64,000 nucleotides of DNA. Source: Stylophora pistillata. Taxonomy: Eukaryota. The DNA is taken from positions 887,455 to 951,454 of the forward strand of contig NW_019217839.1 of assembly GCF_002571385.2 (NCBI RefSeq), in the 5' to 3' direction. Made by a program: the position numbers and the translations under genes. Shown piece after piece: positions 12,738-26,030 of the stretch; position 1 is the stretch's first letter, and every line of letters starts with the position of its first letter. The notes beneath the pieces are model-generated. The model was not told the origin of the DNA. It did not search any database and saw only the letters and a program-made list of their open reading frames with translations.

Positions 12738-15700
12738 CTTCTCTTACTCAGTCAATCACCTGAAAACGTGACTTGCTGATAACTTCGTGGCGAGGACTTA
12801 CTTCTATCGATCAATACCAGGCATTCAAATAGCTTTTCACTGCCATCACCAGACGCAAGATGATCCTTTGAACGAAACGTGTCTATAAATCTGGCAGGCA
12901 CAGTTTCGTCACCTTTATTGAGTTAACGTTAAGTGCCCACTTAGGAAAGTATTCTTAAGATGTTTTCCGAGGCATGGAAATTAAATATGACGTTATTTTT
13001 GGAACGCTTTTAAGTAAGTCCGCACTTTCTCATCAATATGACAAGCCAGATCATATCTATATCGGCCTCTCGATGTTTTAGTTCCTTTGAAAGCAGAAGC
13101 CGTTGTTTATCTTGATCTTTTCAGACATAAACATTTGTTGATCTGCTTATCATCATTGCACAATGTAAATCACACAGTGGGTTCGTTTTGGTGAAAATTT
13201 TTTCGTAGGGTGTAGTCTAAGATGTCAGATTTGGTAATTTGCACCAGATAGACGTTCCTAAACTTTTAACAAGGCAGGCTGGTTCAGACTGCCTTGTGCC
13301 CGAGTTGTTTGTTTTAAAATTTGCTTCTTCGAAATCTCGCGACACCACGTCTGAAATGGTGGATCTCCCGTTGTGACCCTTCCATTTGAGTAAACTGGTT
13401 ACTGTTTAGTTTCACCAAATTGAAAAGTTTGAAAATATATAAGACCTGTTCTGTACGTGTGTATGTTCTGCAGTGGTTGCAAATCCAGCGGGCAAAGGTT
13501 ACCTTGAAACATTATTCAAAAAGGCTTTAATTGCTGACGTTTTTGGAAAGAAAGACCGATGAAATGTCAACAAATTTAAGAAACACATCGCTTTTTAAAA
13601 AACCATGGGGTAACGTGATATTAAAGTAAGAGGTGATCTGAACTCTTTTAGACAATCTTCATTGTCTAAGGAATATTTTGCCAGATGTTAGCAGCCCCAG
13701 AAAGCTTTGAACTGATCACTGTTGTTGTTGTTGTTCTCTATCAAAAGCCGCGAGCCTTGATTTGCTACCTAAGTCCAGCTGTGCGAGCACATATTTTAGA
13801 ATGATTAACGAACTCTCATTGATTTGTTCTAGCTTTGTTTCTTTACAGTTAGTTGTGGTTTCAAGACGGGAGCACCCTTGATCGTTCAAGCGATAATTTC
13901 TTATGGTTTAGTAAAAATGGTTGCATACAGCTAACATCCAAAGCCATGCAAGACTCTCCAGCCACATAAAGTTACCATTAGACAAGAGAGTTATTTTCCA
14001 TGATGTTAGAACGCTTTGTTTCATTTGTCTTATTCAGTTGGGCTGACCTCATTCCGGAAAACCATATGTTATACCCTGAAAAAATGTTTGTTATTAGAAA
14101 CTTGGAGAGGAAGGGGCAAAAAAAAACAAGAGTTTAATTACAAGAACATAGACGAGTCTATCATCAATAAAAGGGAATCGTACACGTTACATCTACACAG
14201 ACCACCATGACACTAATACGATTGTCGGTTCAATTCATAAAGAAAATACTTGAAGTCAATAGAGTTCTACTTGTCCTCGGTAATAGAAGCTTCAATTATC
14301 ACACATTAACTTATCTCTAAATTGCATCGGTCAAAAAAAGTGAAATCTCTTGCTTTATCTAAAAAAGGACGCTGTCAGGAAGAGACGAGCTTTTTGAAAA
14401 AACGAAAAAGAATTTTTCAGGGTTGGTATTTGTAAACTTTCTCTCAAAGAATCCACGGTACATCTTGCACCACCCGTTGTATCATGCTGCCCAAGAACAA
14501 TATTTGTTGCTCCAAGCTTTCCAGGTGTTGTATTTGGGGGAGCGCCTTTAAACTTAAACTGGAGCCGCCGCAACATATACTTGGAGCTTGATAACAATAA
14601 GCTATTTTAGTTAGCTGTCTTGTTTAGTTGTAAACCCTTTGGTCCACCACTTCCCTACTAGAAAACATGAGAGTCATATTTTGGTCACGAGAGAAAATTA
14701 AACACTGAGAATTGCAGAGAAGCCATTTCGTGAGTAAAGATTACTCTGTTCTATTGTGTGCGTTGAATCTCTAACCCGTCCCAAGGTCTAGTGAGAACGT
14801 GGGATGCAATTTCACTATCCGTGAATGCCTAAAGTTATCACCTGACCATAAGATGTAAAGTCCTCAAGTGAATAATAGTCGTTTTTCCCTAACTAACCTG
14901 CTCAAGAGGTATTAGGGTAACTACTTGTTATCGGGAAGGGAATTTTTTGTCTTTTGCTTTAGTTCTTTTTGACTGTAAAATTTGGAAGTCATGTGGCGAA
15001 AATGGAAACATTATCATGTTCCCTTTTTAAATTTGCACTGCAAGACTCACACTGACACATTCTACCATAGAAAAAGCCGGTAGGCGGCCCGGTATCAAGT
15101 TGCCTTCTCTCTTTTGTGCCATGTTAATGACAGAAAGATATTTTTAGGGCATACAACATTGTGACGTTGGTAGGCCATTTTGTTAAAGTTATAAACAAGT
15201 TAAAAAAGGAAACTCCCACATCATGAAGTAATTTTAAATTTCTGCGCAGGCAGATGTTTACGCGTTAGACATGAAGCGGTTGTAATCATTCTAAGGCGTA
15301 AAAGCAAACGGCTGTAATATTCTTAAAACGCAAACACCAACCATCAATTCGTAGAGGAGACAGTCAGAACAGTTTGCTGAAACCCGAAAACTAAAACTCC
15401 ATCAAAACACAGCATATATATGGGAAATGTGGTCCCGATATTGATTGAAAAAAAAAAAAAAGGAATGTGGCAGAAATGACAGCATGTGAAAAAAAGTCTT
15501 CATGTGAAATTGTGCTTTGTTAATCCCGTTCCAATTTCTAACAGTATATAGACAAGTCTATCTATACCTCAGTCATTTATCTGGGAAGACTACGAGACAC
15601 TTTGTGCTAAACTTGAAATTTTGAGGGAACAGTTACTTCATTGACTATTTTAAGTTATAATTTATTAACTTCAGAAACATTACAAGATTTCAGAGCGTAG

Positions 15701-16013
15701 TAAGCGCGAACAAGAAGGGTTTGAATTCGGGCGTTTGTCAGCGTGTCGCAAGGTAACAGAAAACCAATTACGGATGTTCGATCTACTTGCGCCATTGACG
15801 TCAAAGAACTTTATTATTTTATTTTTATCAGAAGTGTGGGGACAGGAAGGGCAGATCTGTTTAGCTATCAAGATGTTTGTGATTAATTTGGTTTTGGAAA
15901 TTTCTCGATGAAAAAGTGAACGGTCTACAAAAGTCTTGTGAAAACGCAAGGTCACGTGAATTTACACGTCAAAGGCTTCTCTCTTTCATCAAACATGTAC
16001 CTTAAGCTATACA

Positions 16014-16440
16014 ATACTACTACTAATAATAATAATTTATTTCTCATAGAACGCTATTTACAATGACAGATCAATAGCGCTTTACAATTAATATCTCTAA
16101 ATATTAATATCTCAACTAATTAAAAAATAATTACATATTACAGTTAAATTGGCTTTATAAAATTCATAACTTAACCGCTATTGAAAGGATTGCCTAAAAA
16201 GAAAAGTCTTAATTGAAAAATTTCTACAGATCGAATATTGCGTAATTGCAATGGCAGCTCATTCCATGAATGCAGTGTAGCTGCCTGAAATGCACGTTTA
16301 CCCAGGGTTGCCAGCATTTTACCTCTTGGTGGCTCTAATAAAATAGCTGAGTTAGATCTAAGATTGTACAAGGACTTGCGTTTGATAACTAAAAGATTGC
16401 TAATATATGCGGGTGCGAGGCCATGAATGGCTTTAAAAAT
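16014..16440 (-). mobile_element. LINE 3' remnant (L2/Crack/CR1-like)
   Basis: YNLRS...TLGKRAFQAATLHSWNELPLQLRNIRSVEIF matches the typical C-terminus of L2/CR1-group ORF2; it is followed by AATAAA and a (TTA/TAG)n tail. Confidence 0.75.
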
Positions 16441-17620
16441 ATAATAATACCCTATAAATACCCTATTAATAATACATTAATACCCTATAAATAATACCCT
16501 ATAAAGATTATTGACCTACGAGACAATTTAATCCAGCTCACGACACAATTTCTATTTGAAGCTTATAAAACAATTTTAGCTGGTTTAGCCTCATCACCTC
16601 CAATGTGCTCAGGCTGGCTTTCAAGAGGATGAGTTTTCTTAGCTTTAACTTCGCCACGTGTCGTTATTTCCTCTTATTTTCAATAGTAATTGTCTCGTTC
16701 TTTCTTTAGAAACTCTCTCTCAGACTAGAGTCTGAGAATGACTGATCAAGAGCTTTGAAAGTTGCCAGGTCATTCAAAACTTTAAGGATTGCTACACTAT
16801 GGTCAGTGAAAAAAATACCATACTGCGTAATCCAGTTAAAACAAGAATTAAGAAAATAAGGTTCTAAATGTTAATCTTCATTCCTTTTTGATGTCGTCAT
16901 TTTATTTCTTGTTACAGCTCCTAGCTGTTTTTACAAAAAACTGCTGATACAATATATTCATGATCCTTTCTTTTGTATCGAATAAATCAAGTTAGTTCAA
17001 TGATTTTTTCAGTACAACAAAGAGAAGCGAGGGTGGTTTGAGATTTGTGAAAGAAAGGTTTGAAAACACTGCTACTATTCTAATCATTCAAGAGCTATCT
17101 GTGAAGCAATGCTAGAAAATTTCTCCACCGTATAAAAGTACTCAGTCAAAACTAAGAAAATTACTTTGGTGGGTTCCACTAGTTTCCAGTTTTCCTGTTT
17201 CCTGTATTTTATGGCATTTATCAAAACTCCAACTTTAGGGATTAGTGAAAGTCACGCCACTTCTTTCTTGCTTAAATTCGAAACTATAAACTCACTTCTT
17301 TATTATCTTATTATGACTGAAACTGAAAAAAGAATAGGGCGTTTCTCTTCAAAAAAAGTGTAATGTATTTTGGTCTCTAATTACTACGCATGTGATGGGC
17401 TCGCTGTATGACTTGGAAAGTGATTTCTGATGCTAATATAGTCACGCCTCGCTTTGATGCCGTAAGAATGAAGAATAGAGTTTATTACAAATAAAGTTTT
17501 TTACTGCATCAGCTCATAAGGCCTTGCTAGAAAATATAAATGGATAATATTTACGATGAGCCAAATCTAGAACCAGTTGTAGGTGACTTAGCTCTCGCCT
17601 TCCTTAACATTCACCATAGT

Positions 17621-17873
17621 CAGAGGCGGATACAGGATTTTTGTGAGGAGAGGGTGCACCACTAAAGAATGGCGTAACTGACTGGTGACCGGACGTAAAC
17701 AAATTGTAATAGCGAATACGAAGAAGACTTTTGCCTAGGCAATAACATAATATGAACTGCTGAGAATACATATCAAACGATACAGTAGAATACCACTTGT
17801 ATTAGAAAGCCGTAGGTCATCTCAGGCGAGGGGGGTGCGCACCCCCTGCACCCTCCCCCTAGATTCGCCCCTG
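17621..17873. mobile_element. MITE with GC-rich TIRs
   Basis: Ends cagaggcggata...tagattcgcccctg are imperfect inverted repeats, with an internal gggggtgcgcaccccc hairpin. No clear TSD, so no superfamily is assigned. Confidence 0.6.
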
Positions 17874-18215
17874 GTGGTTACTATATTTTACGATAAAAAA
17901 CCTGACTTCTTGAAAATTAAGCTTAGTGGACGAAATATTTTGGCTTAATTCCTAGTAAGTTTGCACACCGACTTCTTCTTCATACAAAAGTGAAACGCTG
18001 CCAAATATTTGACCATTATCGACGTACCCAACAATTATGCTCGACTTCAGTGATTACAATGATACGGTTTGCAAGGGAGATATTTTTACTTATTAGTCAA
18101 CAACAAACATATGAAACATATGTGTGAACTGCGATTATGAGACGTATATGAGAACGATCCTTCGCAGTAAAGCACTATTTGAGCAATAGTGGAAATCAGA
18201 CCTGAAAAAAATTTC

Positions 18216-18288
18216 AGGCCTGTACGGGATTCGAACCACTGACCTCTGCGATACTAGTGCAGCGCTCTACCAATTGAGCTAACAAGCC
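18216..18288 (-). pseudogene. tRNA-Thr(AGT)-like module (pseudo-tRNA)
   Basis: Identical to the 11746-11818 module. Confidence 0.7.
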
Positions 18289-18461
18289 AACTGGGAGCAG
18301 GCCATCAAATTAATTCGATATAAACCCGTAGATATAAATCAAACAACAACAAACATATGAAACATATGTGTGAACTGCGGTTATGAGACGTATATGAGAA
18401 CGATCCTTCGCAGTAAAGCACTATTTGAGCAATAGTGGAAATCAGACCTGAAAAAAATTTC

Positions 18462-18534
18462 AGGCCTGTACGGGATTCGAACCACTGACCTCTGCGATAC
18501 TAGTGCAGCGCTCTACCAATTGAGCTAACAAGCC
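18462..18534 (-). pseudogene. tRNA-Thr(AGT)-like module (pseudo-tRNA)
   Basis: Second tandem copy, 246 bp from the first. Confidence 0.7.
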
Positions 18535-21500
18535 AACTGGGAGCAGGCCATCAAATTAATTCGATATAAACCCGTAGATATAAATCAAACAACAACAAAC
18601 ATATGAAACATATGTGTGAACTGCGGTTATGAGACGTATATGAGAACGATCCTTCGCAGTAAAGCACTATTTTTTTTCAGGTCTGATTTCCACTATTGCT
18701 CAAATAGTGCTTTACTGCGAAGGATCGTTCTCATATACGTTACTTATTAGTGTGGCTTAGACCTCAATTGGCCACTTAGGTTTGGCACGATTAAAAGAAC
18801 CTCTTGAAATACATACGCTCATTAACAACTCGTTCCAATATAAATAGAGATTTATACTAGAGTGTAGTCACGTCTCGCTTTGACCCTGTAAGGGTCCTGC
18901 GAAAAAAGTCAAACGTTTACTCGTAAGGAACAATGTGCCACTCATCAATCACAGGTCAAAATGTGATTTGGCACACGGCATAACTGTTTGTGATCAACCT
19001 CCTCTACGGGAAAAAAGCGGGAGAACCTCGAGTTACTTGGTTTCTAGCTCAGTCGTGATAGTGATGCATTGCAAAATAACTTAAGCGTTTGATTTTTGTC
19101 ATGTGTAGGTTATATTCATGAGAATAGACAGAAACGATATCATCTAGATAAAAAGGACTAGCGTAGGTATGTACAGAAGTAGAAAAATGGACTATGACAT
19201 TCATTTTTTTGTGGTCACTCGATAGCATCCAAAAGAAATTCTATGTGTTTTTGAATGTTGGTGATAAATGATTTCACATAAAAGCGGTCATTTGTTCTTT
19301 TTGACGAGCTTTTAAAATGTTTTTCTAGTCATGTAATTCCATCTAGGTTGTGTGAAAATAACCGAGTGTAACTAACTGAAAACTGAGGAAGCTCTGAGTT
19401 GACTAGGAGAAAAATAACATATCCAGTACTGTCGATGTGTAAGACCAAAAAATGCACTTAGGATTCTGGAACATGTTAACCGTCGTTCTTCTCAAATTCT
19501 CGTTTTAAAAAGATTTAGAGTGTCAAGTAGTACGAAGACAAAACTTTTTCCACATTTTTAACCAGCACTAAACTATGTTTAAGGTTTCAACATAAGTGCT
19601 TTCTTTCAGTGTTGTTCTACATAAATACGTGTTCATCATTCACTACACTAACCCAAAAAAATTCTTAATTTATCTTGGGATGTCCAAAGTAGCCCTAAAT
19701 AGTAAATACATGACGAGATGACCTTGGCATTAGCTAAATTAACTTGTCTGACAAACTTATTTTACTCCATTTGTTTATCCACTCAGCGGCGGGTTGCAGG
19801 TGTTTAAGTATAAGCTGCGTCAAAAGTTTAACTTATTTCGCCATTTCCGATCAGAACCCCTCTTATCTTCCTCTTAGCAGACCATGGATTTTTGGATTAA
19901 AGAAACAAAAACATAAACATTGGAGTAACATTTCGTAAGAGCCGAAAAGATCTGGTCTAAATAGTCAGTATGTCAGCATGTCACTCTCAGTGAGATAAGA
20001 ATTTTAATACTTTCAATGTCTTAAATCGCAAAAAATCAACGCAATGTAATAATCCATTTAGTAAGGATTTAGATTGTCCACTGAAAGCAATTTTTTTTCT
20101 CTAAATTATCCTGCAACCTTTAGCTTATCGTCTACATGCCTTTAAAGTCAACTCAGGACTTATCAAATTGGCTCTATGTCGAGATAGAAATTTGCGACAG
20201 AGGCACATAATTGTCCATCGCCAAAATTCTTTCTCCACTCTGGATCCTAACGAAATGAACTGCACTTTGCATTTCCTATTCAAAGGATACATAAGTCATA
20301 TCACTGACTAATCTTTTCTCGGATCATTTCCGCCAAAGCCATCGTGTAAGCTCAAAACCTTTGAGCCCCCTTAAGACTGAATTTCTTCATCAGTCGACCT
20401 CTGTTGTCTTTGTTGAGTATAAACACACGTGTGTGTCATTGGTCTCGCTAAAGCAAACTGAAATAGGGTTTGAGAATTATCCAGAACAGTCTGTCCATCA
20501 ATAAAGGAAAACAATGTAGACCATCACTTTTATTCAAAATCTTTTAGCGCATCGTGTACAAATACAGCCCCGCCGACTGCATACTTGCCTGTGGGTGGGA
20601 ACAGTAGGTTGCTTTCGTCATCCCTCAAACCTGCAAACCTTTACCCGCCTCTACGAGGGGTTGCTTTTATTTACCTTTGATTTCAAAATTTCTTGTTTTT
20701 TCTTTTCTTTTTTTAACGAGAGTAAATAGAAATACCAACGAGTGTAGCAACAAAAAGAAAGGCGACGAGGACGAAAAAGTTAAATGAACTAAAAACGTAT
20801 GCTATAAATTGCGTGGCTCGAGCTTAGATGTGAAGGGAACAAAGCATGCTTTGAACAACTAGCTATATGTCCTGTCGTCAAATGACCGATTGTTACGATT
20901 ATGAGTTATCAAGAAAAAAAAAAAGAAACGCTCCTAAACGTGACTAGTAGAGCTGTGTTACAATCATAATGGCTGACTGAAGAACGGAACTACTCACGGT
21001 GGGTAACAAACCTCGCATATACTACTGTGTGCAGAAAAAATGCTAAATAAAGAGAGTAATGACAGAACATGAGTGTGACATGAGATTAATGACAAAGACG
21101 AGACATCCTGATATTCATACCTCGTTAAATAATGTGACTTAAGTGTACAAACTGTTGTTTTTTTTCTGTTCGTCTGGTCACTTCTTGTTTGATCTCGTAC
21201 TTCATCTGAGATTGATTCACATTGCTCTTTGTTTGTGAGGAGCGAAGAAATCGCGCTGCATAAGTTCGAACGTTAAAGGAGTTGGTAAGGATATTTCCAA
21301 TATTTTTTTACTGAAAAATTCCTATGGCATGGAAAATAAATCTTGAAATAACAAACATGATATTTTGAAGAAAATCCTTAGAGGAAGCAAACGGAACGAC
21401 AAACCAAACAAGGTAAACGGAAACAATCAAACGGAACGACCATTGAATAGCTCGAGCTATTTTTCTAAAGGGAAACAAGCAGTGACAGTGCACCTTTAAG

Positions 21501-24500
21501 TCAGCTTTTTTTTTTACCTCTTTGATTAGATGCAGAACTGATTTTATGAAGATGGGACCGTTTTAAACACAATTTAGAAAAGCTAGTGAACTTATCTGAC
21601 TAGAGATTTTGTGTTTAATCATGGAATTCTGGTTATGAAGAAAATTTCATTTGAAGTGGCAACGATACAGACAAAGCTACCATTTGCCATTTCCGCCCTT
21701 TTCAGCAGTACTGTTTATATGTAATTTCATCAAGTAAATTCATTGATTGCGTGCATTCTATAAAATTTAGTGCTAAAATGACCAACTCGTTAAACTGCTT
21801 ATAATTGTCTGGTTTTTCTGGTGTACGGAACTGGACTGATCTGAGCAGATTTAGAAAGAGAATCTAATATTTGGATTAGAATAACACCCAAAGCTTGTTA
21901 AACACGTCCAGTTTTAAAAAAGGTTTAACGATCTCAGTTGTATGATTTTATTTTTTTCTTAAAAGATCTCAGAACATATGTCTCCTTCTCCTTCTTTCAC
22001 GATGCTCAAACAATACTGCCAAACATATGACTTTCGTAACAGGACTCTCTAATAAAATAGTGCCTCTCTAATTTTTCACTAACCTCTTGCCCGAGATTTT
22101 GTATTCTTTTCAAAAAAAAAAAACAAGCGAGCCTGTGACAGCCGTCATGGAATTTCGAAGGATGAGATTAATCTGACTTGCATTTGATAACAAAAACTTG
22201 ATATCTGTTTGAAGCTAAGTACTTGAATCCGGGTTGGAGGCCACTAGGGGTTGTCCCTTATCTCGAGGTAATCCCTGTTAATCCTTGGCGTCCTTCATTT
22301 TGAAATACTCGTTTAATTACAACTTACGGCTCTATTTACTCAAAGATCGAGATTAACATTTTTCATTCCTCTTCAGCTCCATCAATAAATAATTCGGTGA
22401 GAAAGTAACCTACACGCAAAAAAAGGCTCTGATATACTGTAGTGGGGGACTATACGCCCAACGTTCGTGTTGCTGCTTCTACATAAAGATTTCATCAAAA
22501 CGGTGAATTCTCAGAAAATACGCGCCATATGCTAATCCATTTAGCACAAGAATCTGACAACTTAAAATAACTTTCTCATAATAGGATAATCTTTTCCGCC
22601 CTTTCATATCCAAGATTGTTTTGGAGCTTACTTCAATAAACTGAAACGGTGCCTAATTTTAATTTCGTTTTGTCATGTTTGAATATTAAAACTTTGTATT
22701 CTATACTTGAAAGAAAATTTCGAAGGACTGTGTTCGACTTTGACCATATTACCAAAGAGGTCAAGATTAAAACGGAAGTCGATGAAATGAGCTCTGGGAA
22801 AGATATTTCCTAAACCTAAACAACATAACCTGCCTTCTAAACAACTTGATTTGACAGAAAGCATATTGAGATTTTGGATAACCCCGCTGAAGAAGAATCA
22901 ACATTTGATACTACGTGCAGATTTTCCCAAGTTTTAAAAACCTTTGATCATGTCTCGCTATCCAAATTCTTAACCTCCTTTAATTTATCAGTTGGATTAG
23001 AACTCGCGCGTGAGCGATGCCTTCTTGAAAAAAAATATAAGAGATCAAGTGGGTTTGAGGAATGACGTTCATGACTAACAAGAAAAACTCCTTAAAGATT
23101 TTCATCTTCATTCGGTAACTTCCTTTGTACGCAGTATATACTTGACGTGCTACGGTGTCCATACGAGAGATGTGGTGATTGCATACTGGCATGTGGGCAG
23201 TCTGCTTTGGCGGGATACATCCTTAGATGTGTCTCACAAAAAGGGCGTTTGAAATTACCGCATGAGTTGATTTTATTGATCCATTTTGCTGCTTTCTGAA
23301 GCCGAAAGATTTGTCTTCTCTTTCAATTCAATCTTTGCGCAAGTCTGTGTTTCGCGACACAAACATTAAAAAAAAATAGTAAGTGAAGAACTTGATATTC
23401 TACACTCCCTTTGGCTGGCTTTGCGTAAGCTGACCCAGCTTTGTGTTTTTGTAAAAGATTAGTCTCAGTCCAGGGGAAGCCTTAACCTACCGATTGATTT
23501 TCTCAAAAGAAGTTCCGTTTTATAGTTTTGGTTTTAACACCGACAGAGAAGATAACTGAAGCGTACACGTGAAAATGTTTAAATCATACACAAAGGACTT
23601 TATACCAAAATGAAATAAATCTAAGTTTTATCATGGAACAGAAATTAAAGTTTTCCCTTTGTATAAGCTGTGCCAAAGGTTGCTTAGCACACAATATCAC
23701 GTGCAGGCAGCGTGGATTCATCAAATACAGAAGAGTAATTTTAGCAACCGAGATTTCCGGCACTACTTTCGCTATTCCACACTGAAAATGTAATGAAAAG
23801 GATAATTACTTACTGAAGCCGGGATGCTGCTGTTGTAAAGTTAAATGCAATAGTGAAAGGACAACCACCAAAGCTACTTGAGCGAGTTTGTTGTTAATAC
23901 GAAGAGCCATTTTTCTCAAGCGGTTGCCACTGTATCCTTCCTCCAACTGTCTGACGATATACCCACGGACTTCCTTAAATATAAATATGTCTATCCTATT
24001 CTGTCAACTTGGTCACGCACGTGTTTCAGCAACCACGCCTTGGTGGTTAACCAAGGAATTCTTTGTTGTGTAAGAAGGTTGACCTTTCAATAAACAGAAC
24101 TCCCATTCGCCGATATTTTTATCCTAAACAGTAATTCCTTTCCTGGCCGAATAACAAGCAAAGAAAGGTGCAATGTACCAGTTGGGTGTTTTAAAGGAAA
24201 GTGATAAAATTTAAGTGTGAGACATTCACACAGTTTCTTTTGTTCTAAAGTTTATTTTGATAATTTTAAGGATTAAAGGATTTTTTCGATCTAACATGAT
24301 TGTAAGTTACGGTATTTATTCACGCTGTAAAGTGTACGCGAATAACTGCACGCTTTGTTAAAAATTTCAGGCTTAAGAATGTAGCAATTAAGCTGTCCTC
24401 TTTTATCACCCCCAATAACCTCCTAAACGCCTCCGCTTTGTAACAAAAAACGTCTGTGGCGACGTTTGTAGCAATCTATGGGGTCTGCGTGTGTACTATC

Positions 24501-25450
24501 TGATGATGTTACTCTATGCAATGTAAAAAGGATTTGGATTGTGTTATTTTTAGAGTGCGGCTTGTGATTTTGTTGCACCACCAAAATAAAGAGGAGAACT
24601 TGCAATAAAGAGTAAAACCTGCTGCAAAAAACCTGGAAATTGTTTAGGTTTCCTCTTGTGCGCGAGGCTATGAAGAAAATCAAGATTTTCCTGTCCTTTT
24701 TCTTTGAGTGACCCATGTTGCTGCAAAAAGTTCGCCACAAGTAAACATTTTTTTGAGTCCCTGTTAATCTGGAAAACCTCGCGCCATGATCACTGTCTAT
24801 CCAATGCGTGCATGGACAAGGTAAATCTGGTTGAATAGCTTAAATTTCCTCATTTATGAGCTGGATTTCGTTTACCCATCACTCGCTATGTTTATCAACC
24901 TTGTAGCACCGCAGACCGCCACGAAGAAAGCCACAAAAACGTGGATACACCAGAAACAGCCATTGTATTTTTTCTCACCAAACACAACAGATGTTTCACA
25001 GATACATTTAAATATGCATTTGGCAGACTTTTCCTTTCCCAGTCTGTCGCATAACTTTCCTCGCGAGCAATGACCGCAAAAGGGTCATAAGTAAATAATC
25101 ATGTATTATTACTATTATTATTATTATTATCATTGTTGTTATTATCATTATCATCAAACGTACCGAGGAACGTGTAGCATAATTCATTTTCAGATGATAC
25201 CATTACATTACTTATGAAAAATGAATTTTGCTTGCGAAGAAAATAAATGATATCTTTAAAATACATCTTTAAAAGCTGAAAATCCTTGGTCGCAAATAGC
25301 TTGACCCATGGTGCAGTCTAAGCCGGAAGAGCAACAGCATTCTTCTGCCAAAATGATGCGTACTGGTGTAGAAGAGCACGTGTTATATCAAGTTATGTAA
25401 TTAGAATATCAAAAACAATAGAGCAAGCACGGGAAGGAAAAAAAGTGACT

Positions 25451-26030
25451 TAATTGGTCAGACGCGATGAAAGTTATTTCTATCTCACGGGCGCCATTAA
25501 TGCGGCGCTGTCAATGTATAATTACTGACGTAAAGGCAGCCAGGTTAATTTATATTGATAGGCACGTCCGTAGCCTTCACTGTTAAAAAAAAACAACAGA
25601 CTTAGCCCTATAGAGAAAAAAAAAAGACAGTTGATCAGACACGATGGAAGTTGTTCCTCTGCTTAATTGTGCCATGGGAGCTGTTAATATATACCGCTGA
25701 CGTAAAGGTAGCCAGGTCAATTTTTATCGATATGTCCGTCCGTAGCATTCCCTGTCAAATAAAAGAAACGGACTCAGCCCCGGAGGAAAAGCAACAGGCT
25801 TAGCCCTGGAGGGAAAAAAGACTGAGTTAATCAGACGTGATGGACGTAGTTTCTATGCTGCGCCATGGGAGCTATTGATATATACCGCTGACGTAAAGGC
25901 AGCCAGGTCAATTATTTTTATTGAAATGTACGTCCATATCATCCCCTGTCAAATAAAAGAAACAGACTCAGCTCTAGAGGAAGAATAAAGATTGAGCCAG
26001 TAAGACATAGCGGAAATTGTTTCTATTGCA
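25451..26030. repeat. Diverged tandem repeat, ~170-195 bp unit, about 3.2 copies
   Basis: Recurrent blocks tcagac(g/a)cgatg.aagtt and ctgacgtaaagg(c/t)agccaggt at about 25526, 25697 and 25888. Confidence 0.75.

Larger units (their letters stand above)
18098..18739. mobile_element. tRNA-cored retro-repeat insertion 2: about 2.3 tandem 246-bp units plus an inverted ~70-bp arm
   Basis: Units start at 18098, 18344 and 18590 and are near-identical; inverted arm at 18671-18739; perfect 12-bp TSD ttacttattagt (18086-18097, 18740-18751). Confidence 0.85.

Noticed and set aside
18098-18739. CRISPR-like array
   Set aside because: Units are wholly repeated with no unique spacers; eukaryotic context and no cas genes.
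22673-24740. Cluster of short ORFs suggesting a decayed gene
   Set aside because: No recognisable motif or consistent splice phases in any frame examined.
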